49,290 bases of DNA from Chiloscyllium plagiosum. Its lineage: Eukaryota. The stretch covers positions 12,701,501 through 12,750,790 of the forward strand of contig NC_057754.1 in assembly GCF_004010195.1 (NCBI RefSeq). The letters are read 5' to 3'. Shown in pieces: positions 34,960 to 47,503 of this stretch. Every line of letters begins with the position of its first letter. The first letter of the stretch is position 1. A model generated the notes under the pieces. The model saw only the letters and a list, made by a program, of their open reading frames with translations, was not told the DNA's origin and made no database searches. The translations under genes and the position numbers were made by a program.

Positions 34960-36124
34960 TGTGGGAAGCAGTTGACTCAGTTATCCATCCCACTGAGAAA
35001 CCAGGGAATACCTAGGTAAACAGGTTTTACTTGCTGAGAGTGTAGAGAGGGTTTACTCAGTTATCCAGGCTGCTGAAACTGTTGGGAGTTCAGACTAATA
35101 ATCGATTATTTAAATGCCTAAATTGTGGAAAGTGTTTTAAACATTCAGCGGTATTGATGTCCTGTCCACTTTTGCACTTGTGCTCTTTCTGTGGGACTAT
35201 GGTCACATGATCATCTCAACATATTGTACATCAGTAAATGCACATTTAGGAGAGGTCATTAAACCAAATATGTGAGGGAAGGAATTCAGTCTGTCATCCA
35301 ACATGCTGGACCATCAGTATTGATACTGTTTGGAGTTTGTTGTTAATCTTATCCAAGGTTGAGCCCTGTTCACGATGTCTGCTTGTGTTGATGAAAATGA
35401 ACCTCAGCCCAGTTATAACTGTTAATCACTGTTATTAGTCAGCAGAAAGTTGTTCATAAACAGCATCTGAGTATTGCTGCAAGCATGCATACTTTGCTGA
35501 TTTTATTTTTCTCTTACATCGGGAGAATTTCTAAGAATATAAATTAAACACAGAACCAATGTTTACACTGTATGAGAAGTCAGCATTGATTGGTTTGCAG
35601 GTGTACTCTGGTGGAGGCATTGCCACGAAGATACTCTCTCTATCCATGAAGAACAGAATTAATGATATATATGGGCACAAATTCAGGTTACCAGTTTAGG
35701 GTTCGTGCTAATGTTTTAATATATCTGTACAGGCTGCCTGAACCACACTGAAGTATTTTCCCGTTTATGTTCTATTTCATTTCTGATCAGTTCTACATCA
35801 CAAAGATGTCAAGTATTGGCATGAATTGTTCCACCCAGCTGTGAGCAATTTTTCCATTTACATAGGTAAATGGTATAGATAATAATGTAGTGACTGTGTG
35901 CCTAATTGACATTGTGAGGCTATTCACGAATAAGCCATAGGCTGCTGTGCTGATCTAGATATTGTGGTGATCTAGACACCAGAACTATAAAAATTAGTAG
36001 CCATTGAGTGTACAAACTTACAAATGGGAAGGACCAATTCTGGACGTTTTCAAGTTGGATGTGTTGCATCTTAATAGGACAGAAACTGACATACATCTGG
36101 AAAGATTTGATAATGCTAACGATT

Positions 36125-37060
36125 TTTGAGAAGATTTGTAGCTGAGATTGATAACTATGGAAGTTAGCTCGCTGAACTTGAAGGTTTGTTTTTAGGTAAC
36201 ATTCATCAGTGAGAGTCTCTGATGAGGCACTGGTGGTATGTTCCACTTCTCTATTTATAATTCTTGGCTTCTTAAAGTGGGTAATGTCATTTCTGGTTCA
36301 TTTTTTTTCTCAATGGATGGTAGATAGGGTCAAAATTGATGAGTTTCCTGATGGAGTTCTGTTTCAAATGCCATGTCTCGAAGAATTCTCGTGTGTGTCT
36401 TTGTTTCACTTGTCCTGGGATGTGTATTGTCTCAGTCAAGGTGGTCTCCTTCATTGTGCGTGAAAACTACTGATAGTGGGTTGTATCGTTTGGTGGCCAG
36501 TTGTTCATGTATCCTGGTGGCAAGTTTCCTGCTAGTTTGTCTGATGTAATGCTTTTTACAGTTCTTGCATGGTATTGTGTAAATGACTTAAGTTTTGCTG
36601 GTGGTATCTAATGGATCCTTTATGTTCATTAGTTGCTGTTTGTGTGTTGGTAGGTTTGTGGCCGACCATGATGCCAAGGGGTCTAAGTAGTCTGGAGGTC
36701 ATTTCTGATATGTCTTTGTCAGGTAATGTGGCTATAGATTTTGGTTGTGCTGCATCTGCTTGTTTGGGTTTGTTTCTGGAGTATCAGCAGATTGTATTTA
36801 TTGAAAACATTGTATAGATATTTTTCTTCTGCTCTTTGTAGTTCTTGGGTTCTGCAGATTTCAACACGATCTACCTTCCCTTGAAAAATGAACTGGAAAT
36901 GACAGCACCCAACTTAAGGAACCAAAACCTATAAATAGAGAGGCAGGACATACCACCAGCGGTTCATGAGAGACTCTGTGATGATGTTACCTAGTATTTT
37001 GATAAAGCATCTGAAAACAAACCTTCAAGCTTAGTGAGCTAACTTAATACTTATTTCATA
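36125..37060. mobile_element. Penelope-like element fragment with inverted pLTRs
   Basis: Minus strand VIYTIPCKNCKKHYIRQTSRKLA (GIY-YIG) at ~36520-36590; pLTR on minus at 36125-36290 and on plus at 36880-37060, each with a decayed hammerhead. Confidence 0.8.
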
Positions 37061-37920
37061 ATGCTGTTGAGGGAGGTTCAAAATTGTCAAGTTGGGAACC
37101 TGAGAGGGAGCTCCGTTTCAAGGAAAGCGCTGCACAAGCGGCAATAGAAAAGTAGAAAGCAAAAGCAGATTTCTATTGGAATGAAGACAAGCATCAAGCA
37201 GCATCATAAGAGAATACTTTGTTTTTAAAATAATGGTTCTCTCTCTGATTCCATGTAGCAGCTACAAGAAGGTTGGTAATTTGAATGCACAAATTGAGGT
37301 AAATGGGTATGATTTAATTGTAAACTAAAAACACTGTTATTAAATTATGATCAGGAACTGTCTAAGGATATTTGACATGGAGAAGGGATGGGCAAAAAGG
37401 CACAGGAAATGTGGGCAAGGTTAGAACATTTAAGATTGTAGACTGAAGAATCAAAATGTAAAATCAGCTTGGGAGGAGCTGCAAATCAGAAAATAATTAT
37501 TTATTGTTGTAGTAGGTCACCAAACTGTCACAGTAGTTTTCAGAAACAAAAACAAATTGCTGGGACAACTCAGCATGGCAGGCAGCATCTGTGGAGCTTT
37601 GTTTTTTTCACTTTATAGTAATTTTCAGTAACCATACCAGGAAATTACTGATGTATGTAATATGGCTGGTAAAGTAATGGGTCATTTCAACTTACTCAGC
37701 AGGATAATTAAATCATCATTAGTGCTGTGAAGCACGAATTCCTGGAGTGAGAGAGAGATGGGTTTCTGAGGTACCACATTGAGGACTAACCTAGATGTTG
37801 GCTATTTTGGCTTTAATGCTCTGATGTGAAAATTGCTCACTAATAACTTTGTAAAGTAACCTTTGGAAAAGAGTGACCATAACATTGAATTTTGCCTGAA
37901 GTTTGAATATGATAAAGTTC

Positions 37921-38222
37921 AAAGAACAAAGAAAATTTACAGCCCAGGAACAGGCCCTTCAGCCCTCCAAACCTGAGCCGATCCAAATCTACTGTCTAAA
38001 CCTGCCACCCAGTTGCTAAGCATCTGTATCCTTCTGCTCTCCACCTACTCATGCATCTGTCCAGATGCATCTTAATTGAATCTACAGTGCTTGTCTACCA
38101 CCTCTGCTGGCAACACGTTCCAAATACCCACCACCCTCTGTGTGAAGTACTTGTCGCACGTATTCCCCTTAAACTTTTCATCTCTCACCTTGAAAGTGTG
38201 ACCTCTCGTTATTAAATCCTTC
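37921..38222 (-). mobile_element. Younger CR1 3' end nested in the old CR1
   Basis: aaagaacaaagaaaatttacagcccaggaacaggcccttc.. tail on the minus strand. Confidence 0.8.
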
Positions 38223-38339
38223 AGTTGTAGAACTAAGGTGTTAAATCTGAAGGAACAAAATTATGATAGAATGGGGTGCAAGATGGCAGCATGGATCAGG
38301 AAAAACACAAAAAAATGATTTGAAGGTAGTTAATGTTTG

Positions 38340-38636
38340 AGGCGGAACGGTGGCAGTGGTTAGCACTGTTGCCTCAGCGCCAGAGACCTGGGTTCAATTC
38401 CTGCCTCAGGCAACTGTCTGTGTGGAGTTTGCACATTCTCCCCTTGTCTGCGTGGGTTTCCTCCGGGTGCTCCGGTTTCCTCCCACAGTCCAAAAATGTG
38501 CAGGTTAGGTGATTTGGCCATGCTAAATTGCCTGTAGTGTTATGTGAAGGGGTAAATGTAGGGGATTGGGTGTGGGTGGCTTGCTCTTCGGAGGGTCGGT
38601 GTGGATTTGTTGGGCCAACAGACCTGTTTCCACTCT
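38340..38636 (+). mobile_element. HE1-type V-SINE, near full length
   Basis: Head with A/B-like boxes (tggcagtggttagc; gggttcaattcc), V-domain, CR1 tail. Confidence 0.92.
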
Positions 38637-39604
38637 AAAATTTAAAAAAAAAAGTTCCATATGGTCTGCAGGAAGTATATGTGGTTACTGGGAAAAGAAA
38701 TGACTTGTTAATGACAGCAAGGCATGCATTTTTAAGCCTGGGAACTGGGAGCAATTTAGAATCCAGCCAAGAAGCAATAAGGTATAGTTTAAAAAAATGA
38801 TAGACGAATTGAAACAAACTTGCAAGGAAATCATAAAAGCTCATTAGGTACATGAAAAGAAAAGATGAGCTGCCACAAATTTGAGCATGTTGTGGACAAA
38901 GGAATTTATATTACAAAACTTGAAGTTGGTAAAGAAGCTCAGAGTTTCTTTATACTGTCTTCATGGGAGATTAAATGCCTCAATAATGTGAGGACAGCAA
39001 GGGAGATGTGAAACGGGTAACTAAAAAAAAGTCACAGGGAAGAGGTATACTTCAAAGTTTGATAGGTCTGTCTGGATCAGACAGGCTTCATCTCATTGAA
39101 GGGAGAGAGGGAGACAGTGAGAGACTGGATGCATTGGCAGTTAACTTTCAAATTCTTGTAGTTTCTGGAAAGGTTCCTGTGGAGTGGAAGTCACAAATGG
39201 AACCCGGCTCTTTTAATATGGGATGTAGACAGAGAATAAAGAATGACAAATCTGTTAGTTTGATGTCAGTAGCAGGGAAGATGTGACAGTCTGTTATAGA
39301 ACATTGTAACCAGTGAACTTTCTGAGAGTAGTAAAACTGAGGAATACCAACAAGAATTAATGAAAGTGAAATCGTGGCTCAAAACATGAAGGTGTTGAGG
39401 ACATTCTTGTAGAATAGATTAAGGAGAACTTGCATGGTCAAAAGGCTTTTGATAAGGTGCCACATGACATTGGTAAGTAAAATGAGATTGGAGAAAATGT
39501 ACCAGTGTGGATGAATAATTGTTCAATAACTGGGAAGCAGAGTGCACTAGTAAACACACCATTCACAGGATGGTAGGCTGTGGTGGTGTGCCATAAGGAT
39601 CATC

Positions 39605-39785
39605 AGCAGCATGGTGGCTCAATGGTTAGCACTGCTGCCTCAGAGCACTAGGGATCTGGGTTCAATTCCAACCGTGGGTGACTGTCTATATGAAGTTTGC
39701 ATTTTCTGTGTCTGTGTGGGTTTCATCTCGGTGCTCCGATTTCCTCCCACCATCCAAAGATATGCAGGTTAGGTGAGTTGGCATT
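39605..39785 (+). mobile_element. V-SINE 5' portion, older
   Basis: catggtggctcaatggttagcactgctgcctca..gggttcaattcc and V-domain. Confidence 0.8.
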
Positions 39786-40194
39786 GTGTCCGGCAATGGA
39801 CAGGCAAGGTTGATTGGCCATGGGAAATGGTACAGAATCCAAGCAGCAGGTTCTGGAACCCTCAGCTACATGGGGTGTTGGATTGGCTGGTAGAGGCAGT
39901 GGAAGTTTTTAACCAAAGGTTCATCAGCAGCTTCTTCCTCCTTTGCAAACTCTGGCTTTACATCCCTCACAAAGACCATTGGTTTTGGTTTAGAATGCCT
40001 TCTTCCCAGTCTCCTCCCAAACATCATCCTTCCTCGCTTCTCTGTGAGAGAATGTGACTGAGTTTTTTGATTGTAAGGGAGTACATATGTGAGAACTTAG
40101 AGTACAGTATGTGAAAATAAGAGAAATGATTGTGTTGTGAGTGCGTGCCACTGCGTGTGTTTGTTTGTGTATCTAAAGGGCTGTGCACCTAACT

Positions 40195-41590
40195 CTCACT
40201 CCAAAACAGTGTTAGAGAACTGGAGTGGGATCTGGATGAACTTCGGATCTTTCGGGAGGCAGAGGCTGTGATAGATAAGAGTTACAGAGGAGTAGTTACT
40301 CCTAGGCACGAAGAAAGCTGGGTGACTGTTCAAAGGTGGATAAAGAGTCAGTGGAGGGATCCCCTGTGGTCGTTCCCCTGAAAAACATGTATACCGTTTT
40401 GGATACTGTTGAGTGGGTTGACTTACCAGGGGCATGCAGTAGGGCCCAGATCTCTGGCACAGAGCCTAACCCTGTTGCACAGAAGGGAAGGAGGGAAAGG
40501 AGGAGAGTGTTAGTCAATGGGGACTCAATAGTTAGAGGCTCAGAAGGTTTGTTGGAAGCGAACAAGACTCACAGTTGGTGTGTTGCCTCCCAGGTGCCAG
40601 GGTCTGTGATGTCTCCGATCATATCTTTGGGGTCCTGAAGGAAGAGGGTGACCAGCCTCAAGTCATCGTCCATGTAGGTACCAATGACATAGGTAGAAAG
40701 AGGGATAGGGATGTGAGGCAGGATTTCAGGGAGCTTGGGTGGAAGCTGAGAGCTAGAACAAACAAAGTTGTTACCTCTGGTTTGTTACATGTGCCACGTG
40801 ATAGCGAGGCAAGGAATAGAGTGAGATATCAGCTGAACATGTGGCTGCAAGGATGGTGCAGGAGGGAGGGTTTCAGGTTCTAGGATAATTGGGGTTCATT
40901 CAAGGTGGGACTTGTACAAACAGGACAGCCTTCACTTGAACCAGAGGGGTACTAATATCCTGGGTGGTAAATTTGCTGGTGGTATTCGGGTGGGTTTAAA
41001 CAAGCTCAGCAGGGGGATGGGAACCAGATGTGTAGTTGCAGTGCACAGGAGGGTGAGAATAGGAAAGATATGGGCAGGATTTCAGGGTCACAGGAATGTG
41101 CTGGCAGACAGCAAAGTGGTTTGAAGTGTGTAAACTTCAATGCCAAAAGTATCCAAAATAAGGTAGGTGAGCTTGCAGCATGGATAGGTACCTGGGGTTT
41201 CGATGTTGTGGCCATTCTGGAGACATTAGATTAGATTACTTTACAATGTGGAAACAGGCCTTTCAGCCCAACAAGTCCACACCGACCCGCTGAAGCGTAA
41301 CCCACCCATACTCCTAAATTTACCCCTTACCTAACACTATGTGCAATTTAGCATGGCCAATTCACCTGACCTGCATATCTTTGGACTGTGGGAGGAAACC
41401 GGAGCACCCGGAGGAAACCCATGCAGACACGGGGAGAAAGTGTAAACTCCACACAGACAGTCACCTGAGGCGGGAATTGAACCCGGGTCTCTGGCGCTGT
41501 GAGGCAGCAGTGCTAACCACTGTGTCCACATGGATAGAGCTGGGTGAAGAATCGATGTTGCAGGTTCCAGGGTTCAGATCTTTCATTAAG
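40195..41590 (+). mobile_element. CR1 5' part (ORF1 esterase to start of ORF2 EN), interrupted by a SINE
   Basis: GDSIVRG, VHVGTND, DSLHLN, then NAKSIQNKVGEL..DVVAILET. Confidence 0.9.
41227..41527 (-). mobile_element. HE1-type V-SINE inserted in CR1 EN
   Basis: Splits ..gagacat|..|acatggatag; short acat duplication. Confidence 0.93.
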
Positions 41591-42410
41591 AAATGTTCGT
41601 TTAGCACCCGTCTGATCTACACAGGGTCCACACTCAACTTCCCACTTCTGTCTTTGACTGGCCCTATTTCTACCCTCATCATCCTTTTATTCCTCACATA
41701 CCTTATAGAAAGCTATAGGGTTCTCCTTTATTCTATTTGATTAGATTAGATTAGATTAGATTACTTACAGTGTGGAAACAGGCCCTTCGGCCCAACAAGT
41801 CCACACCGCCCCGCCGAAGCGCAACCCACCCATAACCCCTACATTTACCCCTTACCTAACACTACGGACAATTTAGCATGGCCAATTCACCTGACCTGCA
41901 CATCTTTGGACTGTGGGAGGAAACCGGAGCACCCGGAGGAAACCCACGCAGACACGGGGAGAACGTGCAAACTCCACACAGTCAGTCGCCTGAGGCGGGT
42001 ATTGAACCCGGGTCTCTGGCGCTGTGAGGCAGCAGTGCTAACCACTGTGCCACCGTGCCACCCACAATTTGCTAAAGGCTGCTTGTATCCTCTCTTTGCT
42101 CTTAACTCTCTCTTTAAATCCTTCCTTCGCTGATCTGTAACTCTCCATCGCCTCATCTGAACCATCTTGCTTCATCAACGCATAAGCCTCCTTCTGCTTA
42201 AAAAGAGATGCAGTTTCTGTCGTAAACCACAGTTCACTTACCTTATCACTTCCTCTCTGCCTGACAGGGACATACCTATCAAGGACATGCAATATCTGTT
42301 CCTTAAACTAGCTCCACATTTCTATTGTCTGCATCCCCTGCATTTTTCTACCCCATTCTATGCATCCTAATTCTTTCCTAATCGCATTATAACTCTTGAC
42401 ACCTTACGAA
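41590..42410 (-). mobile_element. CR1 ORF2 linker fragment, inverted relative to 40195-41590
   Basis: ORF 42038-42292 HVLDRYVPVRQ..WFT; matches 13820-14290. Confidence 0.85.
41739..42063 (-). mobile_element. HE1-type V-SINE, full length, young
   Basis: Complete head, V-domain and (ttaga)n tail; atttg repeated at both flanks. Confidence 0.95.
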
Positions 42411-42439
42411 GAGTCTGTTAACTTGATTCGTTTTCAGGT

Positions 42440-45400
42440 CTCTTTTTATTTCTTTTCTTCTTTGTTTAGTCCTGTGCGTGCTTTCAGAGCAACAGGATAT
42501 GGATGTTAGGGAGTTGCATGTTCCTCCTGCAGAATGTGGGAGGTGAGAGACAATTCGCATGTTTCTGTCGACTACATCTGCGGGAAGTGCACCCAACTCC
42601 AGCTCCTCAAACAGAGTTAGGGAACTGGATGAACTACAGATATTCAGGGAGGGTGAGGAAGAAATTGAAAGGATGTACAGGGAGGTGGTCACTCAGGCAC
42701 AGAATAAGAACAGCTGCGTAACTGTTGGGGGAGGAAAGGAAACAGACAGTCAGAACAGGAATCCCATGTGACCGTTCCCTCAGCAATAAGTAGTGTTTTG
42801 AATATTGCTGGTGGGGACGACCTACATTGGGAAAGGCATAGTTGTCAGGTCTCTGACACTGAGCCTGGCACTGTGGCTCAGAAGGTAAGGGAGGAGAATG
42901 GAAAAGTGCTAGTGGTAGGTGTCCCAATATTTAGACGGATTGACAGGAGATTTTGTGGTCAGGAACAGGACTCCCAAAAGGTATGTTGCCTTCCTGGTGA
43001 CTGGGTCTGGGATGTCGCCAATTGGGTTTCTGAAGGGGGAGGGTGAGCAGCCAGAAATCGTGGTACATATTGGCACCAATGATATAACCAGGAAAGGGAT
43101 TGAGGATCTGAAAAGTGACTACAGAGAGTTAGGTTGGAAGTGAAGAGCAGGACGAGTAGAGTAGTGATCTCGGGTTTGCTACCAGTGCCACGAGATAGTG
43201 AGGTAAGGAACAGTCAGCAAATGCAGCTTAACATGTGGCTGCGAGGCTGGTGCAGGAGGGAGGACTTCAGATACCTAGACCACTTTCAGGGAAGGTGGGA
43301 CTTGTACATGAAGGGCAGGTTGCACCTGAACTGGAGGGGCGCAAATGTCCTGGGTGGGAGATTTGCTCGTGTGGTTCAGTAGGGGTTACACTAGTTTGGC
43401 AAGGGGTGGGAATCGCTGCCACATACCTTTGTGGGGGGGGAGAATGGGAGACTTGCAGATGGGGCAGTGATGTAATCTATTGGGAAGGTATCTCGTGATG
43501 AAACAAAGAGATTGGTTAAAATGTGTTTGCTTTAATGCAAGGAGTGTCAGAAATAAGAGGGATGAACTTAGAGCATGGAACAGTACTTGGGGCTACGATG
43601 TCGTGGCCATAACGGAGACATGAATCTTACAGAGGCAGGAATTGTTGCTTGATGTTCCAGGATTTAGAACATTTAAAAAGAACAGGGAAGGTGGAAAAAA
43701 ACAGGTGGTGGTGGTGCAGCATTGCTAGACACCACAGCTACAGAAACAAAGTTTGTTGAGGAAGGTTTGTCCACTGCGTCAGTATGGGTGGAAGTTAGGA
43801 ACAGCAAGGGAACAGCCATCTCATTGGGGGTTTTCTACAGATTCCCTAATAGTAGAGAATTTGAAGAATTCATAGATGGGCAGATTTTGAAAAAATGCAG
43901 ATGGATCAGGGGTTGATTTCAACTTTCCCAATATCGACTGGAAATTCCTTTGTATTTTGGATGGAGCCGTTTTTGTCAGGTGTGTTCAGGAGTGTTTTCT
44001 TACTCAGTATGTAGACAGACCGACGGGAGGAGAGGCCATTTAGGATTTGGTGCTCGACAATGAGCCAGGATAGGTGTCACATCTTCTGGTGGGAGAACAC
44101 TTTGGTGACAGTGATCACAACTCCCTCACATTTACCATTAGCCTTGGAGAGGGAAAGGAGCAGTTATCGAGGGAAGATATTTAATTGGGGAAAAGGAAAT
44201 TATGACGCATCTGTCAGGAGTTGGGAAGTACAGACTGGGAGCAATTATTCCACAGAAAGGGCACAGCAGCCATGTGGAGACTGTTTTAGGAGCAGTTGTT
44301 GCAAGTGATGCATGAATTTGTTCCTCTGAGACAGGTAAGAAGGGGTAAGATGAAGGAACCATGGATGACGAGAACAGGAGCTTCTCATCAAAAGGAAGAA
44401 GGCAGCTTATGTAATGTGGAAGAAGCAAGGGTTTAGCACAGCTTTAGAGGATTATAGGCTTGCTAGAAAGGAGCTCAGAAATGAACTGAAGAGAGCCAGG
44501 AGAGGGCATGAAAAAGGTTGTGCAAGATGGATTAGGGAGAAACCAAAGGCATTTTACTCATACATGAGGAATAAGAGAATGATCAGGGTGAATGTAGGAC
44601 CAATCACAGGTAGTGTAGGGAACTTGTGTGTGGAGTCTGAGCAGATAAGGAAAGCCCTCAATTAGTTTTTTGCTTTGGTTTTCACTAAGGAAAGGGATCT
44701 TGTTGTGAATGAAAACTTTGAGGAGCTTGGATACTGTCTTGACCTGATCATGATTGATGACATTGATTGCTGGAAATTTTGGCATGCCTCAAGATTGATA
44801 GGTCCCCAGGGCCAGACCAGATTTATCCTAGTCTGCTCCGGGAAGTGAGAAAGGAAGTTGCTGAGCCATTGGCGAAGATCTTTGCTGCCTCATTCTCCAC
44901 GGGAGTCATAGCGGAGGATTAGAATGAGGCGAGTATTGTTCCTCTTTCCAAGAAGGGTAAGTAATGATTAGATTTCCTACAGTGTGGAAACAGGCCCTTC
45001 GGCCCAACAAGTCCACACAGACCCTCCGAAGAGCAACCCACCCAGACGAATTCCCCTACACCTAACACTATGGGCAATTTAGCATGACCAAATCACCTAA
45101 CCTACACATCTTTGGTGATGTGGGAGGAAACCAGAGCACCTGGAGAATCTAATCTTTAAAAAAAAAAGGGAAATCCCTGGCAATTACAGACTAGTCAGTC
45201 TTATGTCTGTGGTCAACAAAGTTTTGGAAAGCTGAGGGATAGGATTAAATATAGTCAAACATGGCTTTGTGAGGGGCAGGTCATGCCTCACAAATCCTAT
45301 TGAGTTCTTTGAGATCCATGAAGGTCGAGCAGTGGATATGGTGTATGTGGACTTCAGCAAGACATTTGATAAGGTTCCCCATGGTAGGCTCATTCATAAA

Positions 45401-45790
45401 GTCAGGAAGTATGGGATACAGGGAGATTTGGCTATTTGGATTCAGAATTAGTTGGCTGACAGAAGGCAGAGAGTGGTTGTAGATGGGAAATGTTCTGCCT
45501 GGAGCTTAGATGTGAGTGGGGTCCCGCAGGGCTCTGCTGTTTGTAGATTTTATAAAATGACTTGGATGAGGAGGTTGAAGGGTGGGTTAGTAAATTTGCA
45601 GATGATACAGCTTGGAGATGCCAATGGTATAATGGAGGGTTATTACAGGCTGCAGCATGGCATAGACAGGATGCAGAGCTGGGCTGAGATATGGAAAATG
45701 GGAGTTGAACCTGGATTAATGCGAAGTGATACACTTTGGAGGGTCGATCTTGAATGGTGAATATAGGATTAAAGATAGGATTCTTGGCAT
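42440..45790 (+). mobile_element. Degenerate CR1 (ORF1 plus most of ORF2), cut at its 3' side by a PLE
   Basis: tgttcctcctgc CxxC start, VHIGTND, EN motifs, RGRSCLTN..DFSK.FDKVPH, tttgcagatgat (FADD); many stops and frameshifts. Confidence 0.92.
44965..45155 (-). mobile_element. HE1 SINE 3' fragment inserted in CR1
   Basis: gattagatttcctacagtgtggaaacaggcccttcggccc.., ending in a short inverted atctaatc. Confidence 0.85.
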
Positions 45791-47501
45791 TTCAAAGTTT
45801 GGGAGCTCATTGTTGTGGTTCTGTTCGCCGAGCTGGGAATTTGTGTTGCAGACGTTTCGTCCCCTGTCTCGGTGACATCCTCAGTGCTTGGGAGCCTCCT
45901 GTGAAGTGCTTCTGTGATGTTTCCTCTGGCNNNNNNNNNNNNNNNNNNNNNNNNNNNNNNNNNNNNNNNNNNNNNNNNNNNNNNNNNNNNNNNNNNNNNN
46001 NNNNNNNNNNNNNNNNNNNNNNNNNNNNNNNNNNNNNNNNNNNNNNNNNNNNNNNNNNNNNNNNNNNNNNNNNNNNNNNNNNNNNNNNNNNNNNNNNNNN
46101 NNNNNNNNNNNNNNNNNNNNNNNNNNNNNNNNNNNNNNNNNNNNNNNNNNNNNNNNNNNNNNNNNNNNNNNNNNNNNNNNNNNNNNNNNNNNNNNNNNNN
46201 NNNNNNNNNNNNNNNNNNNNNNNNNNNNNNNNNNNNNNNNNNNNNNNNNNNNNNNNNNNNNNNNNNNNNNNNNNNNNNNNNNNNNNNNNNNNNNNNNNNN
46301 NNNNNNNNNNNNNNNNNNNNNNNNNNNNNNNNNNNNNNNNNNNNNNNNNNNNNNNNNNNNNNNNNNNNNNNNNNNNNNNNNNNNNNNNNNNNNNNNNNNN
46401 NNNNNNNNNNNNNNNNNNNNNNNNNNNNNNNNNNNNNNNNNNNNNNNNNNNNNNNNNNNNNNNNNNNNNNNNNNNNNNTACAAAGGTGTCATCAACGTAT
46501 CTGACCCAGAGTTTGAGTTGAATTTGTGGTAATACTATTTGTTCTAACATTTGCATGACTGCTTCTGCTATGAGTTCCGAGATCGGTGAGCCCATGGGTG
46601 TTCCGTTGATTTGTTCGTATATCTGGTTGTTGAATGTGAAGTGTGTTGTGAGGCACAGGTCCGGTAGTTTGAGTATGCAGTCTTTGTTGATAGGTTCCCC
46701 GTCTTGTTGTCTGTTCTGTATATCCAGCAGTTTGGCTATTGTTTCTCTGGCTAGGGTTTTGTCAATAGAGGTGAACAGTGCCGTTACGTCGAATGAGACC
46801 ATGGTTTCTTCCTTGTCTATGTGTATATTTCTGATGCTGTCCAAGAATTCCTGTGTTGACTGTATAGTGTGTCTGGATCCGCTGATCAGGTGTTTCAGTT
46901 TCTGTTGTAGTTCTTTAGCCAGTTTGTGTGATGGTGTCCCTGGTAGTGATACTATGGGTCTGAGTGGGATGTCTGGTTTCTGCACTTTAGGTGGTCCATA
47001 GAATCTGGGGGTGTTGTTGTTTTCAGGTTTCATTCTCTGTCGGTCAAACCTGTTTATCTGTTTTATTTTGTAGGTTCCTCAGTGTGTTGTTTATCCTATT
47101 GGTGAGCTGTGGGGTGGGGTCAAACTCCCTCTTTAGGTAGGTGTTGGTATCTGTAAGTAGTTGCGCTTTTTGGATGTCCTCTGCTTTGTCCAGGATGACC
47201 ATCATTCTGCCTTTGTCTGCTGGTAGTATGATTATGTTCTTATCTTTTGTTAGTGCTTTTAGTGCTTCCCTCTCCTTGGTGTTGAGGTTATGTGTTTGTC
47301 TTTTCCTTGTTATCAGGGGTACGATACTTTGTCTCACTGTTTGTTGTGTCTCTTCTGTCAGTCCATTGTTTCTGAGTGTGCATTCTCGTGCTGCTAGGAA
47401 GTCTGCTGTCTTGGCGTCCCTGTGGTTGTAGTTGAGTCCCTTGGCCAGTATTGTTCTTTCCGTGTCTGTGGGAGAGGTTTCTAACCCAGGAGTGTGTTGT
47501 G
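45790..47501 (-). mobile_element. Penelope-like element: N-terminal region, RT, gap, pLTR
   Basis: ILPADKG; PRFYG.PK..KP.IPLRPIVS; SFDVTALFTSI; GTPMGSPIS; WVRYVDD (PLE RT). Confidence 0.95.
45848..45887 (-). ncRNA. Minimal type I hammerhead ribozyme motif, intact core
   Basis: gca-CTGAGGA-tgtcaccgagacaggggac-GAAA-cGTC-tgc; helix I gca/tgc. Confidence 0.75.
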
Positions 47502-47503
47502 AC

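Larger units (their letters stand above)
37060..39600 (+). mobile_element. Highly degenerate CR1 (ORF2 EN to RT) with nested insertions
   Basis: Scattered motifs (agtgaccataac = SDHN; SGKVPVEWK; ggcttttgataaggtgccacat = AFDKVPH). Confidence 0.65.

Noticed and set aside
33926..34975. Alternative-frame and antisense ORFs over the ZNF gene
   Set aside because: Shadow frames typical of repetitive C2H2 coding sequence
39200..39220. ggctctttt, resembling half of a histone stem-loop
   Set aside because: No complementary arm, lies inside decayed CR1 ORF2, and no histone ORF in the window
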